Shown one piece after another: positions 16,319-25,442 of a stretch of DNA of 40,263 nt. This DNA comes from an uncultured Clostridia bacterium (lineage in GTDB: Bacteria > Bacillota > Clostridia > Christensenellales > UBA1242): positions 1 to 40,263 of the forward strand of contig CAMUJQ010000002.1 of the NCBI GenBank assembly GCA_947089305.1. Direction: 5' to 3'. The translations under genes and the position numbers were made by a program. The number at the start of each line of letters is the position of its first letter. Position 1 is the stretch's first letter. A model generated the notes under the pieces. It was not told the DNA's origin. It was given only the letters and a program-made list of their open reading frames with translations, and did not search any database.

Positions 16319-17686
16319 ATGAAAATACATTTTATTGGAATAGGCGGAGCAAGTTTAAGTAAACTTGCAATAATTTATAAAAGTTTAGGTTATAACGTTA
16401 GTGGCAGTGATAGAACTCAAAGTTATACAACAGATGAATTAAGTGCACTTGGCATTACAATATTTTTTTCTCACAAAAAAGAAAATATAAAAAATTGTGA
16501 AATGGTAATTTATAGTGATGCAATAGACTCAAATAATGAAGAAATTATTGAGGCAGCTAAATGTGGAATTCCTTTAGTTTCTCGCAAAGAAGCTTTAAAC
16601 TTAATTGCTAATATGTATAATAATGTAATTGCTATTTGTGGTTGCCATGGCAAAACTACCACAACTGCTCTTCTTTCCACGGCACTAAACAAACTTTGTC
16701 CTCAAACCCACATTGGAGGTGAAATTAATAACCTTGCTTTAACAAATAAATATTTTAAGCAAGTTATTAAAGCTAGTAAAAATAAACGCTTATTTATAAC
16801 TGAGGCTTGCGAGTTTAAAAAGAACTTGCTTGCTCTTAATCCAAACTTTATTATAATGCTTAATATAGACGCCGATCATTTAGATTGCTATAAAGACATT
16901 AATGATATAAAACAAACTTTTTTAAACTTTGCAAAAAAACTTGAGGGTAAACAAGAGAGTGTGCTTTTTTGCAATTTTGATGACAAACTTGTTAAAGAAG
17001 TTGCCAACCAAACTAAAACAAAAATAATAAGTTTTGGTTTAAATGATAATGCCGATTACACGGCAAAAAACATTGTTTTAAATGATAAAGGAATTACCTT
17101 AGACCTATATTATAAAGCAAAAAAAATTCGTACAATAAAATCAAAACTCTATGGTAGACACAATGCATATAACATATTGGCAAGCGCTGTTGTTTGTGAA
17201 TACTTTAAAAAATTACACCCATTAAAATTAATAAATTACTCTAACAATATAAAAAACTTTACAGGTGTTAAAAGACGCTTTGACATATTAGGAAAAAGTA
17301 ATACTAATATTATAATTCACGATTATGCACATCATCCAACTGAAATTAGTGCAAGTATAAAATCCTGCCGTGAGCATTTTAAAAAGCCTGTAATAGTGGC
17401 GTTTGAACCACACACATATACCCGCACTCAAGGGCTTTGGAAAGAGTTTATTGCCAGTTTAAGTGAGGCGGACAAAACATATTTACTTGACATATATAGC
17501 GCTCGCGAAAATCCAATTGAGGGCATAACAAGTCAAAAGCTTGCACAAGAAATTCAAAGCTGCGAATATATTGAAAGTTATGAAAAGTGCATTGAGGCGC
17601 TTAAAAACCATAAGGATAGTATTCTTCTTATATTAGGCGCAGGTAGTATAGAAAATTTAGCATATTCTTTAATTAAGAATAATTAA
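16319..17686 (+). CDS. murC: UDP-N-acetylmuramate--L-alanine ligase
   Basis: HFIGIGGASLSKLA...GYNVSGSD, ATP-binding GCHGKTTTTALL, and Mur ligase middle and C-terminal domains. Confidence 0.88.
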   Translation: MKIHFIGIGGASLSKLAIIYKSLGYNVSGSDRTQSYTTDELSALGITIFFSHKKENIKNCEMVIYSDAIDSNNEEIIEAAKCGIPLVSRKEALNLIANMYNNVIAICGCHGKTTTTALLSTALNKLCPQTHIGGEINNLALTNKYFKQVIKASKNKRLFITEACEFKKNLLALNPNFIIMLNIDADHLDCYKDINDIKQTFLNFAKKLEGKQESVLFCNFDDKLVKEVANQTKTKIISFGLNDNADYTAKNIVLNDKGITLDLYYKAKKIRTIKSKLYGRHNAYNILASAVVCEYFKKLHPLKLINYSNNIKNFTGVKRRFDILGKSNTNIIIHDYAHHPTEISASIKSCREHFKKPVIVAFEPHTYTRTQGLWKEFIASLSEADKTYLLDIYSARENPIEGITSQKLAQEIQSCEYIESYEKCIEALKNHKDSILLILGAGSIENLAYSLIKNN

Positions 17687-17806
17687 TTTAATTTATATTT
17701 GTTTACGTATTTAAAATTAATATGTAAAAAATAATATTGATTTGTTTATCACTTTTTTGCAATATAATTATTAAATTACATTGCCGTTAATATACTGTTT
17801 TAAGAA

Positions 17807-17839
17807 ATGCGGAAAGACTTTTAACTTTCGGCATTTTTT
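17807..17839. terminator. Terminator between convergent murC and the DUF1540 gene
   Basis: ATGCGGAAAG-loop-CTTTCGGCAT (one mismatch) followed by TTTTTT on the plus strand. Confidence 0.5.
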
Positions 17840-17858
17840 GTGGCTTTTTTATCAAATT

Positions 17859-18173
17859 TTATTTTTCAAAAAAGTTTAAACATTCTGTTCCTTTTTCTAA
17901 ACTTTGAATTGTTATGCCATTACTTAAACACTTGTTATCTTTATTAAAGATACAATTCGTTGCATCACAATGCAAATCGTATTTATGTATATTTTTAAAT
18001 GGAGCAATTTTTGGAGGCTTTTCAAGCATTGTTTTTGTGTAATCTTCAACATATTTGTCTGGATCTGGATTAAAATCTTTACATTCAGTTGCATTACCTA
18101 TCTGTAAATTTTTATACATACAGGTTTGGTTATTATTATGAACACACTTTCCTTTTCTACATCTTATATCCAT
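17859..18173 (-). CDS. DUF1540 (Cys-rich, two-repeat) protein
   Basis: Two copies of the C..(K/N)C..N....C........I.......C..F pattern. Start is set at ATG 18173 behind an AAGGAG SD. Confidence 0.6.
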   Translation of the reverse strand: MDIRCRKGKCVHNNNQTCMYKNLQIGNATECKDFNPDPDKYVEDYTKTMLEKPPKIAPFKNIHKYDLHCDATNCIFNKDNKCLSNGITIQSLEKGTECLNFFEK

Positions 18174-18287
18174 AAACTTTTTCTCCTTAAAAAAATTTTT
18201 GACTTGCATTTAAAATTTTATACATCTAAGCGTCATATGCTTTATTTTATTCATTAAACTTGTTATAATATAGCAAGGAGAAAAATT

Positions 18288-18728
18288 ATGAAAGTTATTT
18301 TACTTACTGATGTTAAAAATTTAGGAAAAAAGGGTGAAATTAAAAATGTTGCAGATGGCTATGCTTCAAATAGTTTAATTCCAAAAGGTTTAGCAAAAAA
18401 AGCTGATGCAACATTAAGTAACGATGCAATGCAAAAACAAGCCGCATCTAATTTTCACTATGAAGAAGAAAAAAAAGCTGCTAGCGAATTAAAAACTAAA
18501 CTAGAAGCCTTGAATTTAGTTTTAACTATTAAGTTTGGAGAAAATGGCAAAGCTTATTCAAGCATTTCTAATAAAGAATTATCAGAAGCATTAAAAAAGC
18601 AAGGTTTTGAAATAGACCGTAAAAAAATTGAAGTTGATTCTATTAAAAGTGAAGGAACATTTTTTGCTAAAGTTAAACTATTTAGTGGAATAGTTGCAAA
18701 ACTTAAATTTGAAGTAAAAGCAAATTAG
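18288..18728 (+). CDS. rplI: 50S ribosomal protein L9
   Basis: [36 protein letters not shown] is the classic L9 N-terminal domain. AAGGAG SD and an extended -10 TGTTATAAT at 18261-18269. Confidence 0.92.
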   Translation: MKVILLTDVKNLGKKGEIKNVADGYASNSLIPKGLAKKADATLSNDAMQKQAASNFHYEEEKKAASELKTKLEALNLVLTIKFGENGKAYSSISNKELSEALKKQGFEIDRKKIEVDSIKSEGTFFAKVKLFSGIVAKLKFEVKAN

Positions 18729-18777
18729 TTTACTATTTGTGCAAATTGCAACAAACTGAAAACGCACTTTAATTTGC

Positions 18778-18806
18778 TTTACATAAAAACCAAATTTTAG
18801 TATAAT
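18778..18806 (+). promoter_or_regulatory. spoVG promoter TTTACA-N17-TATAAT
   Basis: TTTACA (18778-18783), TATAAT (18801-18806), ~75-nt leader, AGGAGG SD. Confidence 0.5.
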
Positions 18807-18880
18807 TATAATAGCTATTTTAAGAAACCGCATTAATTCGACTTTCTTAATATTGCAATAAATATAGGAGGAATACAAAC

Positions 18881-19168
18881 TTGAAGATTACAGATGTAAG
18901 AGTAAAACTTGTTAAACGTGAAGACAGTATGCTTAAAGCAGTTGCAAGCGTTACAATTGATGGTTGCTTCGTTGTTCACGATATTAAAGTTTTGCAAGGC
19001 GATATTGGTCCTTACATTGCTATGCCTAGCAAAAAAGTTCCAGATGTAACTCTTGGTAAAGATGTTCATAAAGATATTGCACATCCACTTGATACACCTA
19101 CAAGAGATATGTTTAAAAAAGCCGTAATTGATGCATACAATGCAGAACTAGAAAAAAATAAAGATTAA
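18881..19168 (+). CDS. spoVG: Septation/regulatory protein SpoVG
   Basis: MKITDVRVKLV....LKAVASVTIDGCFVVHDIKV..G..GPYIAMPS is the SpoVG signature. TTG start behind AGGAGG. Confidence 0.9.
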   Translation: MKITDVRVKLVKREDSMLKAVASVTIDGCFVVHDIKVLQGDIGPYIAMPSKKVPDVTLGKDVHKDIAHPLDTPTRDMFKKAVIDAYNAELEKNKD

Positions 19169-19174
19169 TTCTAG

Positions 19175-19204
19175 AAAAAAACTTGGGTAAAACCAAGTTT
19201 TTTT
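19175..19204. terminator. Bidirectional terminator between spoVG and the convergent 2-gene operon
   Basis: A7-CTTGG-GTAAAA-CCAAG-T7 gives a hairpin flanked by A and T runs. Confidence 0.55.
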
Positions 19205-19216
19205 ATAAATTTAAAA

Positions 19217-19615
19217 TTATATTTTACGAGTTGTTGCTTTTGCAGTTACTGGTTCAAGTTTTAAAATATCTTTAGCAACTTTTTCACAAATATCTCTTTG
19301 AGCATAATATCCTAAATCTTTCTTTGCTGAACTTGTTGACACAATTCTTGCTTTTTCACTTTTAATAAACTCAATAAAATCTTGCATTTCTTGCTCAGTT
19401 AAAGGTCCATTAGTTTTACTTGTTCCATTAAGCATACTAGTTAAATCTAGTAAATTATAATCTGATCTGCAAGCAAATTTAGCTTCTTCATCATATAAAT
19501 TAAAATCATAATCTTTTATAAAACTTTTTGCAACTTTTGCATACATGTCATTTTTTACAGCCATGTGATACAAATATTTTGCTTTTGCAATTCCAACTAA
19601 ATTATTTATTAACAT
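19217..19615 (-). CDS. Hypothetical protein (132 aa)
   Basis: Long ORF 19 nt downstream of the preceding gene, with an AGGAGAAAA SD. No recognisable motif. Confidence 0.6.
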   Translation of the reverse strand: MLINNLVGIAKAKYLYHMAVKNDMYAKVAKSFIKDYDFNLYDEEAKFACRSDYNLLDLTSMLNGTSKTNGPLTEQEMQDFIEFIKSEKARIVSTSSAKKDLGYYAQRDICEKVAKDILKLEPVTAKATTRKI

Positions 19616-19634
19616 GAATTTTTTCTCCTACTTA

Positions 19635-19976
19635 TTATCTTTTATTATTCAATACTTTTTTAGAAGTTTCATGTTTAGCATTTTCTCTAATATTTGAACT
19701 TCCTTCAAATTGTTCTTGATATTTTGTCATAATTGAAATAAATCTTGCTTGTAACCCATTTGGAAGAGCTTTTAACTTTTCAATTAATTGTTCAACTGCA
19801 TCTCTATGTTCAACTTCTAATCTTTCAATTTTTTCAAGTAAATCGCTTACTTTACGAACTGGCGCAGCATTTGACATTAAAGTTTTTTCGCTTATTTTAC
19901 CTTTTACAACTTCTTCTCCAATTTCTACTGCTTCACGATATGTTTTAGCTACACTTCTTAATGTTTCTTTTTCCAT
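19635..19976 (-). CDS. Hypothetical helical/coiled-coil protein (113 aa)
   Basis: Long ORF with an AAGGGGTGA SD and an upstream TTGACT-N18-TAATAT promoter (~20008-20037, minus strand). The sequence is heptad-like and rich in charged residues. Confidence 0.6.
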   Translation of the reverse strand: MEKETLRSVAKTYREAVEIGEEVVKGKISEKTLMSNAAPVRKVSDLLEKIERLEVEHRDAVEQLIEKLKALPNGLQARFISIMTKYQEQFEGSSNIRENAKHETSKKVLNNKR

Positions 19977-20082
19977 AATTTCACCCCTTATTTTTATTCG
20001 TAATAATATATTAACATGTAGAGTTAGGTAAAGTCAATACCCATTTTAAAAAAAATTTAACCATTTTTTAACTTTTTTATAA

Positions 20083-20114
20083 CAAAAAAATTGCAAAACT
20101 ACATGTTTTGCAAT
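20083..20114 (-). terminator. Rho-independent terminator of prfB
   Basis: Perfect 10-bp stem ATTGCAAAAC/GTTTTGCAAT plus T7 on the minus strand. The prfB stop codon lies in the 3' stem arm-loop junction (20099-20101). Confidence 0.7.
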
Positions 20115-21196
20115 TTAATCATTTCATTTATAAACTTTTCAAGTTCTCCGTTCATTACAGCTTCAACATCGCTAGTTTCAAAATTTGTTCTATGGTCTTT
20201 AACCATTGTATAGGGACAAAATACATAACTGCGAATTTGACTTCCAAAATCAATTTTTTTAAGTTTACTATTTTTTTCATCTATCTCTTGTTGTTTTTCT
20301 TTTAATTTTAAATTTAATAATTTGCTTTTTAAAATTTCAAATGCTTGTTTTCTATTTTGTATTGCACTTCTCTCGTTTTGACAGCTAACAACAATTCCTG
20401 TAGGCAAATGTGTTAATCTAATTGCACTATCAGTTTTATTAACATGCTGACCACCCGCCCCACTTGCGCGATATGTATCTATTCTCAAATCATTTTTATC
20501 AATATTTATCTCAATTTCCTCATTAACTTCAGGGCTAACCTCAACACTAGCAAAACTAGTATGTCTTCTGTTATTTGCATCAAAAGGACTAATTCGAACT
20601 AATCTATGAACTCCACTTTCATTTTTTAGTTTTCCATAGGCATAATCACCTTTAACTAAAAATTCCAATGTTTTATAACCTGTTTCATTTCCCAACTCAA
20701 AATCTATTAAACTTACTTTAAAATTATTTTTATTAGCATATCCAGAATACATTCTATAAAGCATGTTAGCCCAATCCATGCTTTCTGTTCCTCCAGCCCC
20801 TGCCTTTATAGAAATAATTGCATTATTAAAATCATATTTGCCACTAAGTAAGGTTTTAATTTTATAATTAGAAATTGTTTCAAAAAATGAATTAACTAAT
20901 AGTTCATACTCATCATCAAAACCTTCGTCATCTTCAACAATTTTAAATAAATCACTTAAAATTTCACTTTTCTCAATAATTTTATCAAAAGTTGCAAGTT
21001 CATCTTTTAAATGACTATTTTTCTTTGATATTATAGTTGCAAGTTCCACATTATCCCAAAAGTCTGGCGCATGCATTTTTGCGTCAGACTCTGCAATTTC
21101 GCTTATAAGTTTTTCAGTATCTACAACTTCTTTTAAACTCAAAGCCATTTCTTTTATTTCAAATATTTTATCTTTTATTTTTGCGTCTTTAAACAT
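20099..21196 (-). CDS. prfB: Peptide chain release factor 2, encoded in a single frame
   Basis: SPF tripeptide (RISPFD), GGQ motif (SGAGGQHVN), and PDFWDN near the N-terminus. Start is set at ATG 21196 behind AAGGA, which overlaps the secA stop. Confidence 0.9.
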   Translation of the reverse strand: MFKDAKIKDKIFEIKEMALSLKEVVDTEKLISEIAESDAKMHAPDFWDNVELATIISKKNSHLKDELATFDKIIEKSEILSDLFKIVEDDEGFDDEYELLVNSFFETISNYKIKTLLSGKYDFNNAIISIKAGAGGTESMDWANMLYRMYSGYANKNNFKVSLIDFELGNETGYKTLEFLVKGDYAYGKLKNESGVHRLVRISPFDANNRRHTSFASVEVSPEVNEEIEINIDKNDLRIDTYRASGAGGQHVNKTDSAIRLTHLPTGIVVSCQNERSAIQNRKQAFEILKSKLLNLKLKEKQQEIDEKNSKLKKIDFGSQIRSYVFCPYTMVKDHRTNFETSDVEAVMNGELEKFINEMIKLQNM

Positions 21197-21204
21197 TTGA
21201 TTCC

Positions 21205-23874
21205 TTAAACATTTTTGCCACAACAATTCTTAAATTTTTTACCACTACCGCATGCACATGGAGCATTTCTATCTTGTTTTTGTACACCATTTTGACCGCG
21301 ACCATTTAAATTAGCTATTTGTTGGCGTTGACGCTCTTTAATTCTTTCTAAATCTTCATTAGTATTAATTGTAACTTGCATACCTAAAAGCATCCTAGCA
21401 CATTCAGACTGTATTTTTTCAGTTAACATTTCAAACATGCGATAACCTTCTTTCTTGTAAGCCAAAACTGGGTCTTGTTGTCCATAAGCTCGTAAACCTA
21501 TCTCTTGTTTTAAACTATCCATTGCATCAATATGACTTACCCAATTAGTATCAATAATTCTAAGAAGTATATTTCTTTCTATTTCTTTAAAAGCAATTCC
21601 TTCTTTAATGCATTTTTCAGCTTTTTCTTCATATTGTTTTTTTGTTTCAGTAAATGCAAAATCAACAACATCGCTAACTTCCATTCCCTCAACTATCTCT
21701 TCATTAAATAAATTAGTTCCTTTTATTAAACAATTAAGTTCAAGACTATTATTAAGTTTTTCAAGATCCCATTGATTAAAACTTTTTGAATCATCAATTG
21801 CAAAGCCAACTGCTTCTTCAACTAATTTTAACATCATGTTTTCAATGTCTGGTCTAATGTCAACTCCATCAAGAACCTTGTTTCTTTCATCATAAATAAT
21901 ATGTCTTTGTTGATTTAAAACTTCATCGAGTTCTAAAACTTGGCGACGTACAGAGAAGTTAGCATCCTCAATTCTTTTTTGCGCTTTTTCAATTTGTCTA
22001 CTTATCATTTTAAATTGGAAAGGAATATCTTCATCAATTCTCATATGATCAACAATATTTTTAATTCTATCTCCGCCAAAACGACGCATAAGTTCATCTT
22101 CCAAACTTAAATAGAAAATTGAACTACCTTTATCTCCTTGTCTTCCGCTACGACCACGAAGCTGATTATCAATACGTCGACTTTCATGTCTTTCAGTACC
22201 AATAATTCTAAGTCCGCCAAGTGAAACAACAAAATCATGCTCAGCATCTGTTGTTTTCTTAAAGCGTTGATATTCTTTATCATAATCATTTCTTACTTGT
22301 TTTTCTTCATCAGTATAATTATCTTTATATTCAAAACTAGATAAAATTAAATCGTTATCATATTTTTCTCTAATAATTTTTTTAGCAAGATAATCTGCAT
22401 TACCACCAAGTAAAATATCAGTACCACGACCAGCCATATTTGTTGCAATAGTAACTGCCCCTTTTCTTCCGGCTTGAGCAATTATTTCACCTTCAAGTTG
22501 GTGATTTTTAGCATTTAAAACATTGTGAGGTATTTTAGCTGCACGAAGTGCTTTTGAAATCTCTTCAGATTTTTCAATAGTAACAGTACCAACTAAAACA
22601 GGTTGTCCACTTTCATAGCAAGTTTGAACATCTTCTACTATAGCCTTAGTTTTTGCTCTAACAGTTTTATAAACACAATCTTGTTCATCAATACGTTGAC
22701 TTGGAACATTTGTTGGAATTGTAACAACATCAAGAGCATAAATTTTATTAAATTCAATTTCTTCAGTTTTAGCAGTACCAGTCATACCAGACAATTTCTT
22801 ATACATTCTAAAAAAGTTTTGGAAAGTAACAGTTGCCATTGTTTGACTTTCACTTTTTATTTCAACACCTTCTTTTGCTTCAATTGCTTGATGTAAGCCA
22901 TTACTATAACGTCTACCTTGCATTAAACGACCTGTAAAGTCATCAACAATAACAATTTCTCCATCTTTAACAATATAGTTTTGTTCGTTGTGCATAATCT
23001 TATTTGCACGAAGAGCATTTTGAATGTAATGAGTTAATTCAATATTCTCAATGTCACTAATGTTAGACACTGTAAAATAACGTTCTGCCTTTGTTACGCC
23101 AGATTCAGTTAATCGAATTAATTGATCTTTTAAATCAATTTCATAATCTTCCTCTTTAAGTGTTTTTACAAATGCATCTGCTTGTTTATAATATGCACTG
23201 CTTTTTTGTCCTGGTGCGCTTATAATAAGAGGAGTTCTAGCTTCATCTATTAAAATACTATCAATTTCGTCAATAATACAATATTCAAGCCCACGCAAAA
23301 CTCTATCTTGTTTGCTTTTTGCAAGATTGTCACGAAGATAATCAAAACCAAGTTCATTATTAGTACAATAAGTTATATCACAATTATATTGTGCACGCTT
23401 AACATTTGGTTGTTGCATAGGAAGAATATTTCCAACAGTTAAACCTAAAAAGGTATAAAGTTTTCCCATCCACTCTGCATCACGTTTTGCCAAATAATCG
23501 TTAACTGTAACAATATGAACACCTTTTCCAGTTATTGCATTTAAATATGCTGGCAAAGTTGCAACAAGAGTTTTACCTTCACCTGTTTTCATTTCAGCAA
23601 TACGACCTTGATGTAAACAAATACCACCAATAATTTGAACATAAAAATGACGCATATTAAGAACACGTGCACTAGCTTCCCTAATTGTTGCAAATGCTTC
23701 AGGTAATAAGCTATCTAAACTTTCCCCTTTAGCATATCTATCTTTAAATTCTTGAGTTTTGGCCTTTAACTCGCCATTAGATAAAAGTTTATATTCTTCT
23801 TCATATGCCATAACCTTATCGGCAATTTTTTTAAGTTTTCTAACATGTTTTTTGTTGTCGTTAAATAATCCCAT
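21205..23874 (-). CDS. secA: Preprotein translocase ATPase SecA
   Basis: MKTGEGKTLVATLPAYLNA, DEIDSILIDEARTPLIIS, TNMAGRGTDI, and a C-terminal Zn finger CACGSGKKFKNCCG. Length is 889 aa. Confidence 0.95.
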   Translation of the reverse strand: MGLFNDNKKHVRKLKKIADKVMAYEEEYKLLSNGELKAKTQEFKDRYAKGESLDSLLPEAFATIREASARVLNMRHFYVQIIGGICLHQGRIAEMKTGEGKTLVATLPAYLNAITGKGVHIVTVNDYLAKRDAEWMGKLYTFLGLTVGNILPMQQPNVKRAQYNCDITYCTNNELGFDYLRDNLAKSKQDRVLRGLEYCIIDEIDSILIDEARTPLIISAPGQKSSAYYKQADAFVKTLKEEDYEIDLKDQLIRLTESGVTKAERYFTVSNISDIENIELTHYIQNALRANKIMHNEQNYIVKDGEIVIVDDFTGRLMQGRRYSNGLHQAIEAKEGVEIKSESQTMATVTFQNFFRMYKKLSGMTGTAKTEEIEFNKIYALDVVTIPTNVPSQRIDEQDCVYKTVRAKTKAIVEDVQTCYESGQPVLVGTVTIEKSEEISKALRAAKIPHNVLNAKNHQLEGEIIAQAGRKGAVTIATNMAGRGTDILLGGNADYLAKKIIREKYDNDLILSSFEYKDNYTDEEKQVRNDYDKEYQRFKKTTDAEHDFVVSLGGLRIIGTERHESRRIDNQLRGRSGRQGDKGSSIFYLSLEDELMRRFGGDRIKNIVDHMRIDEDIPFQFKMISRQIEKAQKRIEDANFSVRRQVLELDEVLNQQRHIIYDERNKVLDGVDIRPDIENMMLKLVEEAVGFAIDDSKSFNQWDLEKLNNSLELNCLIKGTNLFNEEIVEGMEVSDVVDFAFTETKKQYEEKAEKCIKEGIAFKEIERNILLRIIDTNWVSHIDAMDSLKQEIGLRAYGQQDPVLAYKKEGYRMFEMLTEKIQSECARMLLGMQVTINTNEDLERIKERQRQQIANLNGRGQNGVQKQDRNAPCACGSGKKFKNCCGKNV

Positions 23875-23920
23875 TTTTTTATTATTTCCCCTAAATTCGT
23901 ATTATAGTTATCTAGCAATA

Positions 23921-23949
23921 ATTATACCAAAAAAAAATTAGTTTGTAAA
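23921..23949 (-). promoter_or_regulatory. secA promoter TTTACA-N17-TATAAT
   Basis: Minus strand: TTTACA (23944-23949), TATAAT (23921-23926). Confidence 0.45.
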
Positions 23950-23996
23950 CATTAATACACAACTAAATTTTTAAAAAAAATATAACATTTTGTAGA

Positions 23997-24218
23997 TTAA
24001 AATAACCAAATCAAAAGTGCGATAATTGCTACAAAAATTAATAAGCCAGACATAATTTTAAGAGGGGCTTTAACAATAAGTTTAAATAAAAATTTAACAA
24101 GCCAAACAAAAAATTTAAACAATAACTTAAACGGAAAAAGTATAATATCTAAAAATATTTGTAGAAACCCTTTTTTCTCTTTCTTTTCGCTTTTGTCTTT
24201 ATCTTTATTTTTCCCCAT
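23997..24218 (-). CDS. Small membrane protein with a Lys-rich N-terminus (73 aa)
   Basis: The ATG is 1 nt past the DagK-like stop, with AAGGAGAAA inside the upstream gene end. Hydrophobic segments follow the KDKDKSEKKEKK head. Confidence 0.55.
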   Translation of the reverse strand: MGKNKDKDKSEKKEKKGFLQIFLDIILFPFKLLFKFFVWLVKFLFKLIVKAPLKIMSGLLIFVAIIALLIWLF

Positions 24219-24219
24219 T

Positions 24220-25098
24220 TTATTTCTCCTTTTTGCTTGTATCTCTAGGTTTAAAAGTCAAAAGCGCATTTTTAGTTAATGTTACTTCACAAATAGTATC
24301 AGTAACCAACTCTCCATCAACTAAAAAATCAAAATTTTCTTCACCCGATGTTAACTTTATCTTTTTAATTTCAAAACAATTAAAGCCCGAACTTTCTTCT
24401 CTTACTAATGTTTTATTCTTAAACTTTAATTTTAAGTCTGACTTTTTAAATTCGATATAGTTTAATTTGTTATCAGTTAAAGACGCTTCATCAATATATT
24501 TTATGTCCCCACAAACATATTTGCCATTACATATTAAAGCCAAATTAATTTCACTTTCACTTGTTTTATTGTCTTCAAGAGTTTTATTAAGTGTAAAGGT
24601 TCTAGCTTTATTTAATATTTTTTGTAGATTATAATTATAAGCTTTGCTGTTTTCGTGTTGTCCTTTTCGCATTTTCAAAAAATAGTCACCAGAAACAACA
24701 ACACTATTTATTGCTTTCATTCCACCAATATTCATTAAATCAACTTTAATAATTTCATTATTTAAAATATCTTTTAATGCTTCAACTGGTTCAAGATGTA
24801 GACCTAAAGATTTTGCAAAATTATTATCTTGCCCTGCTGGTATTATACCAATATTTATTTTATTTAAATTTGTCACGGCATTAACAACATCATGAATTGT
24901 TCCATCGCCCCCAACTACTATAATATTGTCTTCCTTATCTTTTTCTAAGCTAGCAACTATTTCTTTAATTTGTGGACGATCTATACTATAAAAAACCCTA
25001 TAAATAATTTTATTTTTATTTAAATAATCTTTAATTTTAGAAAATGTTTTCTTCGCTGAATTATTTCCTGCACATCTATTTAAAATAAAATTTAACAT
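24220..25098 (-). CDS. Diacylglycerol/lipid kinase family protein (YegS/BmrU/DagK type)
   Basis: IIVVGGDGTIHDVVNAV and GIIPAGQDNNFAKSLG motifs. TTGCAA-N17(TGA)-TACAAT lies only 5 nt upstream of the ATG. Confidence 0.75.
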   Translation of the reverse strand: MLNFILNRCAGNNSAKKTFSKIKDYLNKNKIIYRVFYSIDRPQIKEIVASLEKDKEDNIIVVGGDGTIHDVVNAVTNLNKINIGIIPAGQDNNFAKSLGLHLEPVEALKDILNNEIIKVDLMNIGGMKAINSVVVSGDYFLKMRKGQHENSKAYNYNLQKILNKARTFTLNKTLEDNKTSESEINLALICNGKYVCGDIKYIDEASLTDNKLNYIEFKKSDLKLKFKNKTLVREESSGFNCFEIKKIKLTSGEENFDFLVDGELVTDTICEVTLTKNALLTFKPRDTSKKEK

Positions 25099-25149
25099 AC
25101 TTTATTGTATCAATTTTTCTCAATTTTTGCAAGTCTTTTATTAAGAAAT

Positions 25150-25395
25150 CTACCTCTTTTTAGGGTCAATATAAAAAATTGTTTCTCCCTCGTTTAAACT
25201 TAAACCTTTTTCCAATATTTTATAGTGTGTAAATTGTTCTCTTACTAAATTTTTTAAAATGTTCCCACCATGATAGCCGTGGATTACAATAACCCTATCT
25301 ATATTAGGAGGAAGATTGTTCATTGTTTCTAAAAGTTTTAAATATGCTTCATTTTCTGTTAAACCATGTAAGTCTACTGTAACTTGTTTTTTCAA
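25150..25395 (-). CDS. Smr domain protein
   Basis: VDLHGLTENEA...VIVIHGYHGGNILKNLV matches the Smr pattern (DLHG...IHG.G.G.L). TTG start behind AAGGAG. TGCTATAAT lies upstream. Confidence 0.65.
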   Translation of the reverse strand: MKKQVTVDLHGLTENEAYLKLLETMNNLPPNIDRVIVIHGYHGGNILKNLVREQFTHYKILEKGLSLNEGETIFYIDPKKR

Positions 25396-25442
25396 AATTA
25401 TCTCCTTAGAAATATTATAGCATATTTTTTACTAAGCTCAAA

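Noticed and set aside
17737-17839. Possible ~60-nt sRNA running from a TATAAT at 17763-17768 to the terminator at 17807-17839
   Set aside because: The best -35 (TTGATT) is 20 nt away and there is no TGn extension. The terminator is fully explained by the convergent murC and DUF1540 genes.
18678-19084. Minus-strand ORFs 18678-18878 and 18833-19084
   Set aside because: They overlap the spoVG promoter/leader and the spoVG coding sequence in antisense. spoVG is unambiguous.
21100-21226. Upstream Met at 21226 for prfB, giving an overlap with secA
   Set aside because: ATG 21196 is preceded by AAGGA and gives the conserved RF2 N-terminus. The extra 10 codons overlap the secA 3' end and show no conservation pattern.
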